The notes beneath the pieces were generated by a model, which ran no database searches, was not told the DNA's origin, and saw only the letters and a list, made by a program, of their open reading frames with translations. A program made the translations under genes and the position numbers. From the NCBI RefSeq assembly GCF_001481685.1, contig NZ_CP006867.1, positions 690,001 through 722,000 on the forward strand: 32,000 bases of DNA, given 5' to 3'. Source of the stretch: Ignicoccus islandicus DSM 13165 (GTDB lineage: Archaea > Thermoproteota > Thermoprotei_A > Sulfolobales > Ignicoccaceae). Shown piece after piece: positions 28,301 through 32,000 of the stretch (position 1 is the stretch's first letter; each line of letters starts with the position of its first letter).

Positions 28301-28765
28301 TAATAGTAGCTTTAACAAGGCAACACTAGACTGGCCGGTCTTCGGATCGATTAGAGTTACGCTCGATTGCGGCGAGGAAGGCGTTAGAATCACTTGGCTC
28401 AAGGTATGGGCACCTTCTTTGAAGGTTGTATTAAGAGCGATGGTTACTGCTAGCAATACTTCGTTAGGCAGCTTTACATTCTCTTTATATATTATGTTGA
28501 CGAACGAGCCTTGGAGGCCTTTTACATTAATTGTGCTTGAAGTACATGCACAGAGTCCCGCGCTTAACAGCGCCGCTACGTAAGCCTTTTGAGCACCTAT
28601 GTTTGGAGTAGACATTTCCATGCCTATTTCTTGTTGCCTATTTATTATTTGGACGAACATCATCATGGCTAACAAGAAGAGTATTAACATTATGAAGGCG
28701 CCTATTACTATCCCTATTCCTCCCCTTGACAAGCTGTTCGAAGACTTCTTCCTAGAAGTTGGCAT
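19340..28765 (-). CDS. Giant (~3141 aa) multidomain surface/fibre-like protein with pilin-like N-terminal segment
   Basis: Single uninterrupted minus-strand ORF. Most plausible start MPTSRKKSSNSLSRGGIGIVIGAFIMLILFLLAMMMFVQ at 28765. Internal segments resemble DUF2341, L-type lectin, PA14-like and NIDO domains. Confidence 0.88.
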   Translation of the reverse strand: MPTSRKKSSNSLSRGGIGIVIGAFIMLILFLLAMMMFVQIINRQQEIGMEMSTPNIGAQKAYVAALLSAGLCACTSSTINVKGLQGSFVNIIYKENVKLPNEVLLAVTIALNTTFKEGAHTLSQVILTPSSPQSSVTLIDPKTGQSSVALLKLLLPLNASSPTFELLYEGAKKNDWEVLVDGNSTGLYAIASVQVSLIGQTDRIESIKVDSVKVTTISADVELTPCRLTLANATGGLSIASFQLQGGITTSQCNCTCKIKGLPTTQWISLAALFANQKCPPPPDDRTAVFFIPFELRSTILRNDFPIVIPVNATKLAMGDGAGGKGFPERYLELAYKGDPNLEERLNFFKNTCGPGGYKCSYIYGIMAWVKDPKSDTKVLTDWSFTPTIATLDEVEYGSTEYYRSRWYWSIYSHIKSLTFSSPYLGNEVILKDEDGNLVPEVYVESNGTQLKVFNAPYYLSDHWGFFSPSVKFQSNYTLYTVNGIPIEPSTPSQVPAGDVQSSDELTIQPEEVIEFAGKGLFGDVIEKKGADKLILYDDNVVTGKTAYGVINIPFTAMINGTVFLEVTSYDVGYKVFLDGQPVFSSWIERTERTITEKVWKIELTNMLSRELRDVEIPIKLPSELIGKPITVTDENGNPIPFCYEEGIVQGQLSSYGPCTTEPSPRDVRIWLRVSLPPGPSALRLNVIVGTNGATDPKNVFHYYDNFDVDMGWKSIGDGRVVVPNDEVAPLYSRGAAKKDGACDPQGGYLEIPDLRAIPDSLKITIRNPTGNALNNVQVRIETPFKGTSVSVKTDAGDLPFCYETSTGECTTDHTKSNGALWILISSLAPNASINVTVTRGEEGLVTDPRNIFLLYDDFNGNSLDPNWISVNNPSGQFSIENGLLIMWGDWNGWWVRSEGRGMALVWSSPIIVNNNEKIIVEGRARGQGNSGDRDLGVMLVRDPNHPYDRFIGVAATTTYSRVWVVRNPNWVYGGSNNLDANSWRFFKVIYGNSRADIYRSTSYEGILSNSGDYDPITNAPNWQTIYVALHGDSDRNRNQGNSQLDWIRVRKEANVEIRYLNWAPSRGVTVDENHGYVLEFFNYRLREHMNCPITRVGLEDDSFNGFTTYVDFNGQSIGIDERTNGNAYAHSSGGIDLVRGAWYFTQLAILPHEVKLFLDGPTTGTYTLKDTELRRLPSTQRTYTRIVVRGGWPYWIDELRIREYVDETKVYGRFVEEVVTRNETMPYEMTQTIALPVKPGAHVVTIHFYDALDTGYLKFAITDKKAGIFYKPLLSDYGYGNAAGWVTVRIPFTVYPGETVRGGVCVYVKYWPLEIWYQLGGPYMGTNFLPPINVKPSSTYIPPPQGNYGVFYAPLERGCYDNIHQSKTDCPSPYLVNEHGSQPSLLVNIPFKEDFNRISSNELDIGKANAEVMKEAGKWNLQGDVYVGDFDTYLKSLGYPIENDNGDMEVLLQNGFIRLSDFVMDNIREDLLKPWVACFNALIATRNSYSGITNVGGPEGGFTFSFYKQFDYIVPSNAPDLLGFYGTGDSSGFGVEFDPRYTTMAQFDGTNSYWIDNEPLAPHYALIYRDMFTNWLPGEVLARFTTTFEDFLNAWKRICVIVKPEDVVSRGNAYFQRMSVVAYEMDGNGNVNKVLLDAQDVTKATYGSGSAIGHDVFVYDENGNAVKWYVALFTCSGTTCATQEPNNYNEVPSNANPVNLDGSYVVANANPYELTDSFPIPLTKTPGTSLVFVAKPDQGVTVFDGPSEGYVYEFDYIAENIVWTKRSGGSSSSRAVIVAEFQASSNGIVVLEAYGSDYIKVWHEYQVLREDGSTETRIEPVVSGWFVMAGNPKILWTIYARPGLNRIIVQWGNSWWDEPITLKLYNGVGKLAWKVRLFYDDNFDDCPGRNPRVPPDPSKYIVPNVNVNDEIRELLKPPTSSIPNFFDNGNAWDPGNVYEVASNDEDSIWFQRIDHITVDGEEYRYPIGVIQPLGTSWFLGSNEVVTYDGRLRQISGCYGIVPTDAATYVVYQRPPELDEAAFVSAYSIVQITKPTTLQFQIAADDAQAVAVAKVKYDEEQGKWIIISKPRIVESNWAYTPGRVRTFSLNFPEPGYYIVVIYFADSCCGGGLYVKVNEVVSEPSSGFYIPPAWSIGFTSSGNIGDLSTVTLIDDFRLCQPGTVENLTEVAKLCAADDYYVHAQSGEIKVLVDDDFNYMANWTVIKRYEAPPGSNSQPKLGLKALNQGGNGLIELVSGQPNQASVILVDPKIMENIRWLLQGRPWLLNLKFKVEGDPEGFAVAFYKKYYPLESKDFTSVWQVRPWGGSALGLIAGPNSGYSPGYAVEVDFHRSQAPPVEAHRVKSLGLFMENNILVDAHVALVKDSPYALIGYHAISPSSIIDGNWHELTIYVDPQWSGNCYFDVSQSIGEFSYMTYCLKPNVGFSSFEACSQIATCGGKVMVWIDNELVLNTSVGLEGFSIPEEWFLGFTASNSEEHYGTVSIDDVIVVAPKSPEVNDPKKLLELARNPWVQANSFYVVYLTKKGYYIEEPWSRRGALERNNQIWGLTGSNTQPLVKWHVEVYKAFPMDADCQWGHQCTFSTHYQPHWEPDSPGDRPWLDPQWQCSESCSLVAKVDATVPTKPVSGSPTTSDWDYSVAVYSNETLPNGGPCCAANWCTNPESYWLIGNPLVKIPYRGPRCLLDGKHWAYYGVMNTTMYFTPGTKIYIRHDDGIKVWIDNNTALDLWDPTAPRQDYYVIEVPEGYHTVTIQWYDMCNGGVLQVLVATEESYYRYPSDVTPIGCWHAPLTLDDDWVWFKATPSSREDIPSFDLSQFPFYGVNWLNWIAIMVNGDMYFKDDCTQQDWFLRDYTPNWNEFLGHTGIYPFFSDLIAWTNSFLYAGWHGAHIEKWTQYGYSHGQRWASIWWDESFYPYWENDPWLRARFGATLYESGDVVFHYDRADLVLGENWTWPYIALNWFFSGITSGNNAGWSALVSTVKSFDSNATPENTGQQVGIFADVWSGLDLFDRPKKAERPDMLLKTVNDTSLGEVSLSECRAYAEQDNQVNCNANYESYAFTSSKDVLFQYQGSLFTVVGGAECLNCKTPAIQPPPSPQPAKVAEEPPDCYCVCGMQSQPTKLSGNVTSTQVGLIAVTCNMTIPIK

Positions 28766-28939
28766 ATCACTATCGCCAAGTCCGGTAATGTAACACTTTT
28801 TATAAAATCGTTGCGTGTTGTATGAGACTTGTAACGCAAGGTCCAAACTTATATGGTGGGAAGTGAGTGTTCCGCATCTGAAGCGCTCTATTAACTCATT
28901 AAAGCTTAATCCATCGAATAGCAACAAGGGGTTAGGAAA

Positions 28940-29281
28940 ATGGTTCAGTTTTGTCCAAAGTGCGGTTCTTTGATGGTTGCAAGAAGGGTACAAGGTAAGG
29001 TTATTCTAAAATGTATGAAATGTGGATACGAAATGGATGCTTCCCAAGCTAAGCCGATCCGAGCTTCAAGGAAGATACAACATAGCGTGAGGGAACGAAC
29101 TATTGTAATCGATAAGAACGTGAACGTCGAAACTCTACCGAAAACCAGGGACGTTATTTGTCCGAAATGCGGACATGACGAGGCTTACTATTGGTTCGTG
29201 CAAACTAGGGCTGGCGATGAACCACCTACTAGGTTCTACAAATGCACTAAGTGTGGTCACGTATGGAGGGAGTACGAGTAA
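28940..29281 (+). CDS. tfs: Transcription factor S (TFS; RPB9/TFIIS-like)
   Basis: Two zinc ribbons: FCPKCGSLM...LKCMKCGYEM and ICPKCGHDEAYYWFVQTRAGDEPPTRFYKCTKCGHVWREYE. Confidence 0.95.
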   Translation: MVQFCPKCGSLMVARRVQGKVILKCMKCGYEMDASQAKPIRASRKIQHSVRERTIVIDKNVNVETLPKTRDVICPKCGHDEAYYWFVQTRAGDEPPTRFYKCTKCGHVWREYE

Positions 29282-29439
29282 TAGCAAAAAAGGCCTTAAA
29301 GGAAGTAGAAGAGGCATATATGAGGTCACCTCCACATTGGTCTGGGAGAATTAACCTGTATAGAGCAATACGTCTACTTCAAGCGCTTATTGAATGGGAT
29401 GATAACAATGGGCAAGATAAGAACGTTTATAGCAGTTGA
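29251..29439 (+). CDS. Small hypothetical protein, start uncertain
   Basis: Overlapping ORF ...VRVIAKKALKEVEEAYMRSPPHWSGRINLYRAIRLLQALIEWDDN. Fills the tfs-thpR gap and overlaps both. Confidence 0.4.
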   Translation: MWSRMEGVRVIAKKALKEVEEAYMRSPPHWSGRINLYRAIRLLQALIEWDDNNGQDKNVYSS

Positions 29440-29968
29440 TGTTGAAGGTATACTCGCTTCGAAACTCGAGAAGTTAGTTGAATCAATCAAATCCACCGGA
29501 GCACCGGTAAAGGGAGTTGAGGCTGAGAACTTTCACGTTACGTTGAAATTCATAGGCGAAATAGATGAGGAAATGATCGATACTATTGAAGAGATAATGA
29601 AACATTCGGTTAACGGTATCGAGCCACATAAAGTAGTCCTCAAGGGCATAGGAGCTTTCCCAAACCCCTTTAGACCCAGAGTAGTTTGGGTGGGACTCGA
29701 GGGCGCCGAAAAACTCACAACAATTTCTTCGAGACTCACGAAAAGCTTGAGAGAGAAGGGGATTAAGGTGGACACCAAGCAGTTTGTCCCGCACATAACT
29801 CTAGCTCGAGTTAAAGGTTACAGGAACATAGACAAACTATCTGAATGGATAGAGACAATGAGGGATATAGAAATAGGGGAATTGGAGGTGAAGAAAATAA
29901 GACTTAAGAAATCAATCCTTACTCCACGCGGTCCAATATACGAAACCTTGAGGGAGGTTGAGCTTTGA
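29408..29968 (+). CDS. thpR: RNA 2',3'-cyclic phosphodiesterase (LigT/ThpR family)
   Basis: RTFIAVDVEG, NFHVTLKFIGEI and FVPHITLARVK give the two HxTL-type motifs. Confidence 0.93.
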   Translation: MGKIRTFIAVDVEGILASKLEKLVESIKSTGAPVKGVEAENFHVTLKFIGEIDEEMIDTIEEIMKHSVNGIEPHKVVLKGIGAFPNPFRPRVVWVGLEGAEKLTTISSRLTKSLREKGIKVDTKQFVPHITLARVKGYRNIDKLSEWIETMRDIEIGELEVKKIRLKKSILTPRGPIYETLREVEL

Positions 29969-31305
29969 CCTTACTTCATAAAATTCTCGAGGAAAGCGTT
30001 CTAGAGAAGATCAGGCCTACCAAAGAGGAATACGAGAAAAGAGACAAGCTTTTCAGGAAGATAAAGGAAGTAGCTGTTAGAGTTCTCAAGGATGAAAAGG
30101 TTGAAGCTGAGGTCACTCTCCAAGGGAGTGCAGCCAAGGAAACATGGATAAGAAACAATTTAGAGCTAGATGTATTCGTATTATTTCCCGTAAGTACAAA
30201 GGAATGGCTAAAAGTGACTGGCCTAAGAATAATTGAGAAGATCGCTGAAAAAATTGGTAAATACGAGATACGATACGCGGAGCATCCTTACGTGAGGTTG
30301 AAAGTTGAGGGCGTGAAAGTAGACCTCGTCCCGGCCTTCAAAGTAAGCGACGGACGCGAAGCGATAACTGCTGTAGATAGGACGCCATTTCACACTAAGT
30401 GGGTAATAGAGAAGTTGAACGAAATGGGTGAGAACTCACGTGATGAGGTCCGATTGTTAAAAGCTTTCTTTAAGGGAATAGAAGTTTATGGGGCCGAAAT
30501 TAAAGTACAAGGCTTCTCGGGTTACGTTACAGAGCTCTTAGTAATAAACTATGGTGGATTCGCGGAAGCTTTGAGCTCTATTTCTCAATGGCGACCACCA
30601 GTTTTCGTGGATCCAGGGAACTTCGGCTCGAAAGCTAAGTTCCTACACAAGTTCCGTGGTTCACCGATGGTACTACCCGATCCAGTTGACCCCAATAGGA
30701 ACGCGGCAGCTTCAGTATCACTTGAATCTCTAGCTTTGGCTAGCTTGGCTAGTTGGAGGTACATAACTAATCCGTCACCAAGGTTCTACTTTAAACCACC
30801 AGCACCAGATGTAAAGGCAGAAAGGCCTACTTACTTGATTAGTTTTACATTGAATCCCGGATATCCTCCGGAAACCATCTGGGGTGAGTTAAAGAGAATA
30901 TCTAGATCACTCATATCGACTCTCCGCAGAGCAGGTTTTGAAATAACGCGATACAAGTTATGGAGTGACGAAGAGAAAGAGGCGGCCATAGCTATAGAGA
31001 TGATTAATGACGTATTGAGTCGCGAGGTAGTCCGGATAGGTCCACCAATATGGGAGAAGAAACATCTCCTAAGTTTCTTCACTGCACATGATAAAGTGTT
31101 AGCGGGGCCTTGGGTAGAAGGCGATAGAGTGTACTTGATAGAACCTAGGGATGTAACTTCGTTTACGGAATTCGTAAGAGGTGTAATAAGTCGATATAGG
31201 TCAAAGAGCATAAATTTGGAAAGCGTTGAAATTAAGAAGATACTTCAGCCTAAAACTGAATGGCTTCGGTGGTTTGTTTACGGGAAGTATTGGTGGTGGA
31301 CGTAG
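29965..31305 (+). CDS. cca: CCA-adding tRNA nucleotidyltransferase, archaeal class I
   Basis: LQGSAAKETWIRNNLELDVFVLFP, FKVSDGREAITAVDRTPFHTKWV and VFVDPGNFGSKAKFLHKFRGSP (variant ordering as in archaeal CCA enzymes). Confidence 0.92.
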   Translation: MTLLHKILEESVLEKIRPTKEEYEKRDKLFRKIKEVAVRVLKDEKVEAEVTLQGSAAKETWIRNNLELDVFVLFPVSTKEWLKVTGLRIIEKIAEKIGKYEIRYAEHPYVRLKVEGVKVDLVPAFKVSDGREAITAVDRTPFHTKWVIEKLNEMGENSRDEVRLLKAFFKGIEVYGAEIKVQGFSGYVTELLVINYGGFAEALSSISQWRPPVFVDPGNFGSKAKFLHKFRGSPMVLPDPVDPNRNAAASVSLESLALASLASWRYITNPSPRFYFKPPAPDVKAERPTYLISFTLNPGYPPETIWGELKRISRSLISTLRRAGFEITRYKLWSDEEKEAAIAIEMINDVLSREVVRIGPPIWEKKHLLSFFTAHDKVLAGPWVEGDRVYLIEPRDVTSFTEFVRGVISRYRSKSINLESVEIKKILQPKTEWLRWFVYGKYWWWT

Positions 31306-31350
31306 AATGCTACGACATCGACGAGTTTCCAGTATGCTATCCTCAAACTA

Positions 31351-32000
31351 ATGGGTGTTTTATTAGAGACGAACTCAAGAAAAGCAACATCGAGTGCGCA
31401 ATCTCCTATGGTAGGCGAGAAATCGGCGAGTATAAGGTCTTAGGCATTGGATTTAGAGGCTTGGTTTTCCTTGCGAGACACTCTACTGGCATAGTTGCGG
31501 TGAAGGTTCCCCGAATCGATCGGCTTTACGATATGAGACAAGAAGCCTTAAATCAAAAGTTAGCCTATCCCTATGCACCGAAAGTGTATGAATACTCGAA
31601 ATACTTTCTCGTTATGGAATACATTGAGTGTCCAGATCTATTAGATGTAGTTCAAGGACTATTGGCGGAAGATAACGTTCAAAGCATCAGAAAAGTTGTT
31701 TGCGATGTACTAAAAGCGGGCTATCAGCTTGATCAAAGAGGTATAGATCATGGAGAATTGGTTAGACCATGGGACCACGTTAAAGTGTGTAAAAACAGAG
31801 TGGTCTTTATAGATTTCAATAGCTCATCTATACATAGGAGACCTTCGAACTTAACCTCACTAATTTCGGCCTTGTTACTAAAGCCCTCACTTCCTTCATC
31901 TAGAATAGCTAACCTCCTAAACGTCGATAGAGCTAAACTGATAGAATTGTTAAGGGTTTATAAGAAAACACGAAACGAGCATTCTTTTAATAGGATTATC
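31351..32000 (+). CDS. Predicted Ser/Thr protein kinase-like protein (COG2112-like), truncated by window end
   Basis: Own translation: MGVFIRDELKKSNIECAISYGRREIGEYKVLGIGFRGLVFLARHSTGIVAVKVPR...PKVYEYSKYFLVMEYIECPDLLD...HGELVRPWDHVKVCKNRVVFIDFNSSS, open to the window edge. Confidence 0.75.

Noticed and set aside
19698-28793. Plus-strand ORFs of 60-142 aa inside the giant gene (19698, 23345, 24067, 25932, 26528, 26911, 27831, 28599)
   Set aside because: Low-complexity or Ser/Thr/Pro-rich translations typical of antisense shadow ORFs. They carry no recognisable domain and the opposite strand clearly codes.
28766-28993. Upstream 76-aa N-terminal extension of the giant ORF in the supplied track
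   Set aside because: The extension (MYPSCNHQRTALW...) overlaps the divergent tfs gene start and its promoter-like CTTATATGG. MPTSRKKSSNSLSRGGIGIVIGAF at 28765 gives a sensible pilin-like N-terminus.
29135-29796. Minus-strand ORFs antisense to tfs and thpR
   Set aside because: Shadow ORFs opposite confidently identified genes.
1-32000. CRISPR array or cas operon to accompany the csx1 remnant
   Set aside because: I saw no regularly spaced direct repeats of 24-37 nt and no other cas genes in the window.

Overview
This 32-kb window looks like the chromosome of a hyperthermophilic crenarchaeon. The gene content and low-GC crenarchaeal style suggest Desulfurococcales, possibly Ignicoccus-like, but that placement is inference. 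Most of it is housekeeping: map, a PflX-like radical SAM gene, ribC, eif1A, rio1, a metallophosphoesterase, pdxT, a class I lysS, tRNA-Leu(CAG), a HAD phosphatase, pyrB-pyrI-pyrK, tfs, thpR, cca and a COG2112-like kinase. The accessory content is more interesting. (1) A ~9.4-kb gene encodes a ~3140-aa surface protein with a pilin-like N-terminus plus DUF2341-like, lectin-like, PA14-like and NIDO-like segments. (2) A CRISPR-associated Csx1/MJ1666-family gene (CARF + HEPN) carries an in-frame TGA exactly where a conserved Trp is expected, plus further lesions. Its HEPN half, including the RxxxxH motif, is still a clean ORF. (3) A GC-rich, strongly folding ~82-nt candidate ncRNA sits just upstream of lysS. 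(4) A single-motif LAGLIDADG endonuclease ORF lies between structured flanks that match no RNA I can name. (5) A strongly folded intergenic element lies downstream of the giant gene. (6) There are one or two candidate C/D box sRNAs. (7) Two paralogous secreted beta-propeller proteins flank the lysS/LAGLIDADG block. I found no CRISPR array and no intact transposase.
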